DNA of 49,602 nt from Spirogloea muscicola (lineage: Eukaryota). A model generated the notes under the pieces. The model did no database searches. It was not told where the DNA came from and saw only the letters and a program-made list of their open reading frames with translations. The position numbers and the translations under genes are program-made. Where the stretch lies: assembly GCA_009602725.1 (NCBI GenBank), contig WELB01000030.1, positions 840,809-890,410 on the forward strand, written 5' to 3'. Positions 38,008 through 49,484 of this stretch are shown one piece after another (the first letter of the stretch is position 1; the number at the start of each line of letters is the position of its first letter).

Positions 38008-38985
38008 NNNNNNNNNNNNNNNNNNNNNNNNNNNNNNNNNNNNNNNNNNNNNNNNNNNNNNNNNNNNNNNNNNNNNNNNNNNNNNNNNNNNNNNNNNNNN
38101 NNNNNNNNNNNNNNNNNNNNNNNNNNNNNNNNNNNNNNNNNNNNNNNNNNNNNNNNNNNNNNNNNNNNNNNNNNNNNNNNNNNNNNNNNNNNNNNNNNNN
38201 NNNNNNNNNNNNNNNNNNNNNNNNNNNNNNNNNNNNNNNNNNNNNNNNNNNNNNNNNNNNNNNNNNNNNNNNNNNNNNNNNNNNNNNNNNNNNNNNNNNN
38301 NNNNNNNNNNNNNNNNNNNNNNNNNNNNNNNNNNNNNNNNNNNNNNNNNNNNNNNNNNNNNNNNNNNNNNNNNNNNNNNNNNNNNNNNNNNNNNNNNNNN
38401 NNNNNNNNNNNNNNNNNNNNNNNNNNNNNNNNNNNNNNNNNNNNNNNNNNNNNNNNNNNNNNNNNNNNNNNNNNNNNNNNNNNNNNNNNNNNNNNNNNNN
38501 NNNNNNNNNNNNNNNNNNNNNNNNNNNNNNNNNNNNNNNNNNNNNNNNNNNNNNNNNNNNNNNNNNNNNNNNNNNNNNNNNNNNNNNNNNNNNNNNNNNN
38601 NNNNNNNNNNNNNNNNNNNNNNNNNNNNNNNNNNNNNNNNNNNNNNNNNNNNNNNNNNNNNNNNNNNNNNNNNNNNNNNNNNNNNNNNNNNNNNNNNNNN
38701 CGCCACCGCTCCTCCTGGCGGCCAGCCGGCGCCCTGGGACGGCGGCTCCGGCTGCAGCCGGGCCGCGGAGGCCGAGGCGGCGCCGGCGCTGCGGGTGCTG
38801 CTGCCGGGCCACGCTGCTCTCCGGGAGCCTGCCAGCGGCTATGGCCCCGCGGCCGACGAGGCTGACAGGTCGGCCCACCCGGCCTGGCCTCTGCCCGCTC
38901 AGTGCATCGGCTGACATGCTGCTCACTGCTCACTGCTCGCCGCCTGTGGCACCAGCAGCAGCACCAAACCGCCCGGCATGCAGCC

Positions 38986-40057
38986 ATGGCGGCCTATCAA
39001 AGGCCTGCTGTCAGCAGCACCTCCCGTGGGGCTTGGCCGTGCAGATCGCGGAGGCCCGGGGAGCCTGCCTACGAGGCCCAGCCGGACGTGGACTTGGCAG
39101 CAGTGTGGACTGCGGTTGCCAATTGCATGACCAGCAAGACCACGCGGCAGCTCCTCCTGACGCGTGGGAAGCTCGTCGAGCTGTCCGCCACGACAGGCAA
39201 GCGGCCTCGCCGCACTCCACCTGCGGCAGGCTGCCCCTGTGACTATGTTGATTCCACTCGAACGTTCTAATCTCACGCTTGCCCCTGCCGAGCCGCCTCC
39301 TGCAGCAGTTGTGGAGTTCGGGCACAAGACCTACAAGGAGCGTGGAGAGGGCCTGGCGCGGTCTACGCGCAAGGGGAACCTTCGCGCAGCCTTCCAGAGC
39401 GTCGGCCACTCTGTCGACGACATTGTCATACGCCTGGTGGTGGCGGCGCTCGCAACTCCAGCTCCCAGCCGGCCCAAGGCGGCTGCTAAAGCACAGGATA
39501 ACATCGTGACAAATACAAGCGTGAGGGCAGCAGCTGCCCATGCAGGGCACTCAAAGCGGGACGTGCTGCCAGACCCTACTCGACTGAGCGACATGGAGTG
39601 GGAGCAAGGGAGCAGCTATTGTGGCAATGGTGGCAGCAGAGACAGCAGCATGCAGGGGGAGCCTCGGATACGGGGGAGCCACCCAGATGCTCAGCAGCCA
39701 GACACAAGACCCGCTGCCTCGTGGTTGGTACTCCATCATCAAGACAACGTTGTTCACACCAAGGAGATTGATGTTGTTGCGAGCCTTGATACAGCAGGAA
39801 GAGCTAGACGAACGGCCACCGTATTAGCAGATGCTGTTCAAGACCGACAATGCACTGTCCAACTCCCACGAGGTGAGGGCTGTGAAAGCATGCCCGTACA
39901 AGGACCAGACAGCAGAGCCTCTTCTGCTCCACTCGAGGACAGGGTGGCCTCGGAGCCTCCACATCCTGTTGCAGTCAGGAGAATTTCGTGCCGTGAGGCA
40001 GCTGAGAGCCTTGCCAAGGCCCTAGGGGGTTTCCATGTGTCAGGCCGGCAGCGATAG
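38986..40057 (+). CDS. Protein with a STICHEL/DnaX(tau) C-terminal-like domain and low-complexity tail; true start uncertain (may extend toward the gap)
   Basis: DLAAVWTAVANCMTSKTTRQLLLTRGKLVELSATT|AVVEFGHKTYKERGE..LRAAFQSVGHSVDDIVIRLV resembles the conserved C-terminal block of plant STICHEL proteins. The halves join via a GC-AG intron at 39197-39305. Confidence 0.6.
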
Positions 40058-40785
40058 ATCGTCTCATTGAGCGTGGAAAGGTGAGGTGCAGGCCACCATT
40101 TTTCAATTGCTGTGTACAGGAGAGACAGGCGAGACATAGGATTGCTCGCCAAATATGTGCAGCCCATGTGGATAAGTCTGTGTCCAGTTGTACATTCTTA
40201 GTGATATTAGTCGTTGCTTAGACGAGCGAGTCTGTAATCCGAGCAGGCCTTAAAAGGAGCCTCGGCTATGTAGCGGTGTAGCAGGTATACAGGTTAGTTG
40301 CTTCAAGCGAAGGTCCCTTGCCAGCTCTAACTTTGTCAATATCCGAGGTTGCCCGACATCCCAGAGTGCCTTGCACTGTACCTTTATTGTGCGCCCTTCT
40401 ACAAGTGCACCGTATTTGCACACAGTACTGGGACTTAACATTTAGCATAGGCCTGACATGCACAATCCCAAATAAAACATATAACAGCCGTTCCAGGTCA
40501 AGCACCAACCCTGCAGGCATCAGAGCAAGCAGCTCCACCGCACGTAAGGAAGCTTTTGCTTACATTAGGACTTGCCAAACCTGCAACAGAAGTGACAGGC
40601 AGATTGCACGGCCCAGGTTGGTGCTTTTTCCTGGTGGGAAATGGGCTCTCAGTCCGTTCTGACTTGCAGAGAAATGCAAACAGGCGAGCTCAGGAAAATG
40701 CACGCCTGAAAGAGTCAGGAGCGCCGTCCCAGACCCCTTAGTCAGACCGTGCTGCGGACTGTAGGTCATGTGGGACTCAGCACTA

Positions 40786-41798
40786 TCATTGAGGGTTCGT
40801 GTTGGTATCCTCCTTCACCAGAGGCTCCACTGTCTCCTTGCTTGCCTCCACCAGCGGCACCGGCTTCCTGCTAATCATGAAACGACGGCACTCAAGTCTG
40901 AAAATGAAGCAACAAGTCATAAATTTTTTGAATCCGCCAAGCAATGTCGGCTGTGGGTTCAATGCTTGAGAATTAAAGCCCGGATTGTGAGCCTCTGCTG
41001 GAGGGCCTGGCTGCTAGGGGACTGGATTGCGGGCGCACTTTGTCTCGGTTTCCTCTTCCTCATCGTCCACGTAGTTGGGATCATTCTCGTCAAGTGCCGC
41101 GGCGGGGGGGTTGCTGTACTCCTCCCCGGGCTTACCCCAGTTGTGATGCGGCCCTGCTCCTCCTGCAGTCAGCACCAGGGGAGGACGTGGAATGGGTCCA
41201 GCAAATTGCAATTTGGATCTCACGGTGGAGATGAGCGCATGTAAGAAGGGTTGTGATGCTGGAGCAAGGCTCAGGGTCCTTGGGCTATATCGGGCAGTGC
41301 GAGGCGGCTACAGGGCCTTCTGGGTCTCGCCGCCGACTTCACGCGGGGCTGTGCCCGTGGTCGGACCACCAACAAGCCCTGCTGGTACAGTCCTTTGCAC
41401 CAGCAGAGTCACTATGGGCTGGCAATTGGCGCGCGCAGCCGTGGCTGCTGCTGGGGGCGAGCGCCCGGGCGCTGGTGCTGCAGAGGCGGAGTAGCGCCAT
41501 GGGAGGCGATGGGTTTGAGCTCGAGGGCGTAGGGTTTAGGGCGCGGGCGCGCCCCTCACCTTTCCTGGGGCTCCCGTCCGCCACCTTCTTCACTGCGCGG
41601 CCGCACGGACGTGCCGTGTCAGCTCGGCCGGCGGCGGCGCCCTTGCAATGGCGGCCGTCGCGCCAGCGCCAGCTCGCGGGCGCGGCGGCTCGAGGGCGGC
41701 GGGAGGCCAGGCGTGCGCCGTCCCCCGGGGCGACACGCCGGGCGGGAAAGGTGGGGCGGCGGGAGGAGCACCGGAGTGGCGGTCGAGGCGCTCGTCTC
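40786..41798 (-). CDS. Small hydrophilic protein consisting of the PDCD4-N-terminal/STF2-TMA10-like motif; start lost at the single-N gap
   Basis: The spliced translation is ..DERLDRHSVKKVADGSPRKGGAGPHHNWGKPGEEYSNPPAAALDENDPNYVDDEEEETETKKPVPLVEASKETVEPLVKEDTNTNPQ*. The last exon is less certain. Confidence 0.7.
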
Positions 41799-41940
41799 NG
41801 CGGCGGCGGCGGCGGCGGCGGCGGCGCGAGGCGTGCCTAAGCGCCTCCACGCGGCGGCGGCTGAGCTGGCGGCGGTTGAGCCAACCTCCACTTCTGCCTC
41901 TCTCGGCCTCTCCCGGGACCAGCGTTTGCCAACAGTTGAA

Positions 41941-41994
41941 TTGGCAGAAATTGGCCACCCTCTCGTTTCATGGGCACTGCGCGCGCCTTCTCCC
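41941..41994 (+). repeat. Dispersed core repeat, diverged forward copy
   Basis: TTGGCAGAAATTGGCCACCCTCTCGTTTCATGGGCACTGCGCGCGCCTTCTCCC. Confidence 0.75.
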
Positions 41995-42081
41995 TCCGGC
42001 AGCAGCATCTTCGGGCCCCTTCGTCGCTGCCAAGCACTTTAGGCCCCTCCGTCATTTGGCCCCTTCGAACCTTTGTCAACT

Positions 42082-42122
42082 CTTTTCACAGCCCTTGCCC
42101 CCATTGGGAGTGCCACTTCTTC
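42082..42122. repeat. 41-bp exact dispersed repeat (copy 2)
   Basis: Identical to 12222-12262. Confidence 0.9.
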
Positions 42123-43123
42123 TTCCGGGGCCATCGGGTGTCGTCCCGAAGGTGGGCGCCATCAACGTCCCACCACCCCTGCCGAGACGTCGGCTCCTCG
42201 TCTCGCCCTCCCAGCTTCGGCCACCAGGCGCCAGCGTGCATTCACGAGCGAACTTTTGCCCGGGGCGCCATCAGGTGGGTGCCTGATGCTTCTTCTGATG
42301 CTGGAATGCGGCGAGCAGCAGCCCCTTGTGCTCCGCGCTCAGAGACCCTGACGCTGCCTGCACGCCCCATGGTAGCTTGCACCTGTCGACAATTGTAAAC
42401 TAGGGGGCCTTCCATTGGATTGTACATCTCTTTGGCATAGGATGCTAAAAGCTGCGTGTGCAGTGTGGGTCAGGACCAAATTGGGCCAGGAAACGATACA
42501 ATTGCTGGGGTTTCTGGTTGTTTTTGTTCGCTGGAGTCTCACTTTGAGTTCGCGAGAATTCGACAATCTGCCAACTTGCAAATCTTTAGGGTGTCAGTGT
42601 CTTAACGCCAACCAAGTGGTGTGAATTTGAACGTTTCTTAATCGCCTTTAAGAATTTTGGATATAATCATGCTCATGTGATGCTCACAGGATGCGCATCT
42701 CCAAGCCAAACTGCCTCCCTTGCTTGCTAGAATGAGAATGTGATGACTGAGCATGCCTGCTCGGAGAAAAGGTGTCTACTTCTCTGATGATAGAGTATCT
42801 ACTCCTGACTCTGCTGCTCTATACCTGAAAATTGAGTGCTGGTCATATCCCATTGAAAAGAATACGAAGCCTGGAGGAAGGAGGGAGGGGAGGAAATAAG
42901 GTGGTGGAGGCAATAAGGAAAAGCCCGCGCAAGGGTTGAGTCAAAAGCTCCCCAGTGCTTCCAGCTCCCTTTGCGGCAACCTATATATACACAACAATAT
43001 CCTACCTACCAGAAGACCTGCGAGGCAATGGCCTCTTGTATCAATCTGCCTGCTATTCCATAGGTATGTGTAGATTACAATTGAAACAGGACCTCTCCAC
43101 TTGTGGGCCTCCCATGGTTGTTA

Positions 43124-46100
43124 TCATGTCTTGCCAAATGCTCTCCGCAAGTGGCTTGTTGCTTCCTCTTCCATCTGTAAAAACAGGGGCACGCTCCTTA
43201 AGGTGACCATTGCACACACAAATTGCACAGGAGATCCAACAACTTCGCAACAACCAACAAGCAAAGGTCAGTCCCAACCTGTATGCTTCGTAAGGAAGTC
43301 AGACTGGCCTCCTCTGGCCTATACCACCGGCTGCATGGCAGGTGCACAAGTGTGTCAGAGTACTGTCTTCCTTGGCATCATGTCCGGCTAGGATGTCTAG
43401 CCACGACTGGCTTCGTAAAAAGCAGCACAACGTATCTGAAGAGAGGAGAGTACAAGATTTCTACCGTAACCACAGAGTGCTACTTGATCTGCATCACCAT
43501 CCGCAGGTATGAGAGCCACAGGCTCCGGAATGTAATACACGTTATGTCTACCTTGGGCTGGCGGAGGATAGGCTGGTCCCCAGTGAGTCCGCATGAGGGC
43601 TGTGATGCGCTGCAACAATAGGTGATGTACCAGAGCTCAGGGGACTGCCTACATGTGAGCCTGCCCTTGAGACAGCCTGCTTCCGCTGCTGATTCTTTTG
43701 CTCCTGAAAGTAGACAGGAAGCATGCAACATATGATCAGGCTAGAAAATATACACGACCTGAAGGCCCACATCAGGCACGCCACATTCAGCCAAGCTCAG
43801 CAATGGCGCAGAAGCTATGTTTGTGACTCAGTTATGCACTCTGGTATGACAATGGAATTCCACTTCAAGACAGACGACCTCGTGAGCACGGCATATATGT
43901 ATGCCAGAGTTGTCAGGTGCACAAAGGCTCACCTGCTGGACCTGGATGTCCCTCAGTGATGGAGTAGTGTCAGCAGCAGAACCTCTTGACCAAGCAGGCA
44001 GGTGCTCACTGTCCTTCTTCGGGCTAACGTTCTTCATGCTAACAGCAATTGGTGAACTCCTCACAAACTGGCTCAATGGGACTCGTAACACATGTCCAGT
44101 ATCATCCAATGCATTCTCCTGCTTGCCATGGGACCTGAGAGCTCCCGGCCTGGGCGCCACCTCTGTTGAGCTGCCCCCGCTGTGGTGTCCCCCCTGCGAA
44201 GACAGCCTCCTTGCAGGAGATGCAGATGTGCGGGCAGGGACAGGAGCAGATGCAAGTGCAGAAGTTGTTGCTGCAGTGAAGTTGCTTTGCCTTGTGGTCA
44301 GGAGCTGCTGCTGCGACTGAATCTCCAGCAAAGACGAAGCTTTGGGCGCCTTGCTGCCAGAGGCCTTCCCCCATACCAGCACCACCTTTGGTTCCAGCTT
44401 AGAAATTGAAGGTGACAGTGGTACAGATGGAGGGTTCTCAAGAGCTCCACTCAAGAACATGGACAGGCCTCCCTTGCGGGCCTTCTTCTTGTTCAAGGTC
44501 CTAGAAGAAGGGCCAGCACAATCCACAGTGGAGTCTCCTGGCGCCTCACAAGTCTGCTGCATTGGTGCAGAGTGTTTAAACTCCAAGCAGCTTGCTGGTG
44601 TGCCAGGGAGAGGTGGTTCCCCATATACCTTGTCTTGAACGTCAATGGTCACCTCAGATATTGTGGGGCTCGCATCATGACATTGCTCCTGGAGCACAGC
44701 AGCACACACTTACTTTGCTCAATGACAGCATAACAGCTAAATCAACAAGGCGGCAAAAGCACAATACACCTTGCAAGGCAGCCAAGTTAGTCTGCAGCAG
44801 CCTGCTGGGCCTCTTGATGTGATACCTGAGGAGTGGCCATCTTCTGCGTTTCCTGCTGCTGCTCCTGCTGGCAGCCGCTGTTTCTCTCCCTCGAATTTGT
44901 CTTTCTATCCTCGCGCCCGAGCGATGGCGATCGCCCCACACTTCTGCGCTGCCCCTTGAGACGAGCGCCTCGGCTCTCTTTCCTGGTGCGGCTTGCCCTG
45001 CGACGGCTGCTTTCCCACCTCTCATCCACTCGCTCAGCTTCCTGTGGAGACAGAGCCACATCCTTGCAGCCACCCTTTTTCTTGCCTGAATCGAGCTCCT
45101 CCGTGTGCGGAAGTTGACCAGCCTCCAGCTCCTTGAGGGCGTCCTGAAGCTCCAACTTGGACCGAAGCTTCGCTTTCTGCTGCAAATCAAGTGGCAGTCC
45201 ACGTCCCTGCGCAATACAGTACCGAAACTACCAAACTCAGCGTCATCTTGCCCCTCCACTGATGCCATGAGAAGCACTGCAACAAGTGCTAAATGGGGGT
45301 GACCGATTGCTGCCATGAGAAGCTTTCAAAGGAACTGCTATACGACGGTGAGATATTTCATTCAACAGTGTCCCTGCAGTGACTGAGAAATAGCAAGTAC
45401 CTGCTTGGCCTCAAGGGCTTCGATCTGCTGCAACTTCTTTCGCACTGCACGGACATGCCTACCAATCACCACCTGAGCATCATCGGGTGTCTGCCAGAAG
45501 CTACCCAAAGGGCTCCCCTCAAGGACCGGCCGTGCCCGACAATGCTCTCCTCCAGCAAACTCAGTGCCAGTAGGTCTGGTGCTCTTGTTCATCTGTGTCA
45601 TCAACAGGCAAACCCAGAGATAGTTTATGGTCAGGCTAACCATCACACTGGTGGTTGGGCCTCTACTTGCACATTCTAAAGTAGAGCTACTTCACAGAAT
45701 GTAGGCTGCTCAACAGAAGCACCTTATATTGTGAATGCTTTGCCAGCACTCACCTGCACTTGCTCAGGACGGCCTCCGCTTCTTAAGTTCCATTCAGGCA
45801 AGCCTTCTTCCTCTTCATCAGCTGCAATTGTTACCGGGGGGCCACCAGTGCTTGTTGGCAAACTCCGGTAGCTCCAGGGCTGGTTTGAGCTAGCGGCAAG
45901 AACAGCCTCAAGGCTTGCCAACACAGAGGGCTGGCGCTGCGCCAGTTGGGCTGGGCTGACCGTCAAAATGTGACCAAGGTTTCGCATGATCATAAGCTGC
46001 ATATAAAGACATAGCACAGCAGGCATGGAGTCAATGTCCAGCATGCATGTCCTTAAAGCGATACTTGTACACCATGCAGCACTAGACGGTCTATCACTAC

Positions 46101-49100
46101 CCCTAGCCCTTGTACTTTTCTGTGCTTAACCTCCTAACATGCATCATGTAACACATACTCGTGACTTACTAGATCTAAGGGGGCCAGTTTCATTCATTTT
46201 GCAAATGCTCCATAAATCATCACACGTCACAACTGTGCACAGTAGAGAACGCATTGCAAGTCCTCACTTTGACAAGTTGGACATTGACATTCAGAGGTTG
46301 CAGAGGTTGAGCTATAGAAACACACCTCGCAATAAGCCTTGAGGGAGTCCGCTCCAAGAGAGTCAGCAATCTCCAGTATCTGTAAGGCGTTCCTGGGCTC
46401 CACAACCGACGTTGCGACAATATACTGACACAAATCCTTGAGAGCTGGGACAGTGACTGCATCTCTCTGAGGTTTTATCTCATCGAAGTCATTATCGTCA
46501 AAGTCTTCCTCTTCTGGTGTGCCCTCTGCATAAGCCCTTGTTGTCCGGGCAAGCGGCTGTGCTGTAGACGCAGGCGGGTATGGTGCGATGTAGAGCTGAG
46601 CCAACGCCAGCGAGTGTAGCTCGCCTACGGATATGTTAGAAGCATGCTTCATGCCTGGTATGCTGAACGGCTTGGGCGCTGCCTTTGGTTTGTCCTTCTC
46701 CCCCTCCCAAGCAAAGACGTCGCCCATGGATGTGACAACTGCTGTGCGGTACTTGCCAGCGGAGACAGCTACGGCCTGCTTTCCAGAAAGAGCTGCCACC
46801 TGCTCATGTCAAAGCTGCAACTGACATCAGCACATGGCAGAAAGCTCAATGCTCCTCTGTATGAAATTCCTAAGCAAGCTGGCTGTAAGAAGCAACTCTC
46901 CGAGTGAAGACAGGCTAATATGGCACCTGATGACAGCGAAGCAGCGGATCTGCTGAGACCCAGTAGAAAGCAAGCCCATCTTCGGCAAGAACGCTGCTGT
47001 GCACAAAACCGGCTGCAATGGCCACAACTTTCTGCTTCTTGCGCTTGTGGAACCTCAAGTGGGTACTTCCTGCCTTGCGTGTGTCTCGCATGATGGCCAC
47101 ACGCTGCGGCATGACCGACTTGTAGCCCCACGTGTGCACCTGAGTGATACAACAGACACCCCTCTCAGACACCACGCATTCTCAAGCAGAGTAGAAGCAG
47201 CACAGTCTCAACGAAACTTGTCTCAGACTGCCAGCTACTCAACTGATTGCCAGCTACTCAAACAGCTACTCAAGAACGTCATCTCGGCACTGTCAAACTT
47301 CTTAATTCATTTCAGGTGTAGGCTGTAGCTGCTGCAGCTCAGCAGCTAACCATACATGCAATACACAAACATAGATAGCCACTGAGGTGGTTGGAGAACA
47401 CACCTCGCCCTCGGAGGTGAGTACGACAGTGTGGTACTTGGCAGCAGCAACAGCCATCACGCGCTTGCCTTTCAGGGACTCCACAACTCGTGGTGTGCAG
47501 TTGGAAGCGGAGTTGCATGTGCCATAGCCAAGCTGGCCCTCGCTGTTGCAGCCCCAGGTGAAGACCTCGCCCCCATCCGTGATCACAGCGGTGTGCTTGT
47601 TGGAGGCAGCCACAAGCGACACCCGTGATCGCAATGTACTTACTTTCCGCGGCGTTGGCTGACTGTCCACTGAGTTGTACCCAAGCCGACCCTCTGGAGG
47701 ACCAAAAGCAGAGGCAGCTAAGTTGGTGCATGTACTTGCAAGTACAAGTGGTGAATCCTACACAGAGGAATGAGCAGCAAAGCCAGTTCAGAGATCCATG
47801 ATTGACTATATGTTTCTCACCTCGATTAGAGCCCCATGAGTATACATCGCCACCTTCAGTCGCCACAACCGTGTGGTGCTTGGCAGCGGCCACAGCCCGC
47901 ACGCGCTGAGAGCTGAGCCCCGCCACCAGCCTGGGGGCGATGACTGCAACCTGGCCACTGCAAAAGCCACCGGGAAGGGGCAAGGAAGGGTCAGCAAAGC
48001 AGGCCTGGCCTAAGCACGCTACTGCCCTAGCATGTGCTTAGCACCACATGCTCGTGATGGAGAGCCAACCTGTGGATGTCGAAGTCGGGGTGCCCAAGCC
48101 GCCCGCCGCGACCAAAACCCCAGGAATAGAGCTCCCCCTTAGCAGTGACGCAGAGGCTATGAAACCTGGCAGCAGCGACTGCCGCCACGTGCACGCCCTG
48201 CAAGGCATCGATCCTGCAGGGCGTCCGGTAGATGCCTGCCGTGCCGGTTCCGAGCTGGTAGTTGGCACCATTGCCCCAGGCGCTCACTTCCGTGGCACCT
48301 GCTGCCAGCAGCTCCAGGCACAGCTTTGAGCGCCAACTGGAATGTCCCCACCTGCTCACGATCAGCTTGTTGCAGACTTTCTGTGCAGCTGCACGCATAT
48401 CCTTGCAAGCAGCTGAGTTCAAGGATCACAGCAAGACCTACCTGCTTGCCCAACCACCACCGACAGCGGGCCTGAGATGAGATCGATCGGAGTCCGGCCC
48501 TTGGTGTCCTCCACGTTGAGCGATGCGCCAGTGGCAAGCAACGCCGCTGCCACAGTCAGGTGGCCGAAGTGGAGGGCCCTGTGAAGACTGCTCCACCCAG
48601 ACTCTGCATCCTGCAGGTTCACCATCGCTCAAAGAAGAGGGCTAAGTCCAAGATGAAGGAACCGTAGCCAAGTTTGGACCCAGCTTCTTTCATGCACGCA
48701 AATAAGCTGCTGCCTGCATCATCACTTGCACGATGGTGCGCAGTCAGACTCTGATTGACAGTCGTTTCAAACATCTTGGGAAGGCCTGCTAGATCAGAGT
48801 CCACGCCCCCGATACTGACTTGCTTGATTTGCTCAGGAGTCGGATCCCTCCCTCTCTCTCGCTCAGCTTCTACCTCTCAGTCGCTGCCGGCAAGCTTTGG
48901 ATCTGATCCGGGCACACTCACAGGCCGACGCGGCCCCTTTGCACCCAGCCACTGACGTTCCAGCTTGCCCGACCCGGATTCAAACCCGCAGATCTGCTAG
49001 CAGCATCTACTTGTTCTTGCAACCACCAGATGCACAAGGGCGGGGGCGACAAAGCTATGTCCTCATCTGTGGCTCACTTGTCTGCATCAGCAAGCGGAGG

Positions 49101-49484
49101 GGATGGGCAGCTGGCAAGTGGTGCAGAAAGCCAGGTGCTGACAAGCGGACTCACTCTGGCATCTGGATCGGCGCCGGCCTCGAGAAGCTTCAGCACAATA
49201 GGCAGGTGATTTCGCCATGTGGCCAGGTGGAGCGCGGTCGCCCCGAGAGCGTTGCGCGAGTTCACGTTGCCGCCGTGGCGCTTGAGGGCGGCCAGGCTCA
49301 CGTCGACGTCGTGGCCCGTCCCGGAGCGGGCGGCCGCCCAGAGGTCCGGGCCGGCGGTGGAGGCGCGGCGGCCGTGCGCGTGCTCGCGGCGCGCGTGGGC
49401 ATGGGGCTGCGCGTGCGCGTGCTCCAGGCCCCCGCCGCCTCGTGAGCCCGACGAGGTGTCGCTGTCGCTGTGGTGGCCCTGCAT
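43124..49484 (-). CDS. Ankyrin-repeat + RCC1-repeat protein (IBTK-like; plant ankyrin/RCC1 family)
   Basis: Ankyrin repeats (GATALHLATWRNHLPIVLKLLEAGADPDAR|DAESGWSSLHRALHFGHL) and RCC1 repeats (WGNGANYQLG, WGFGRGGRLGH, WGCNSEGQLGYG). Later motifs are VPALKDLCQ, RAVRKKLQQIEALE, RKGGLSMFLSGALE, SLRDIQ and RWYRPE..LRSIQMEEEA, with stop at 43124. Confidence 0.9.

Noticed and set aside
37519..39242. Several 330-500 aa ORFs spanning the gap (likewise 18766-19968)
   Set aside because: They are open only because of N runs and GC-rich, stop-poor sequence.
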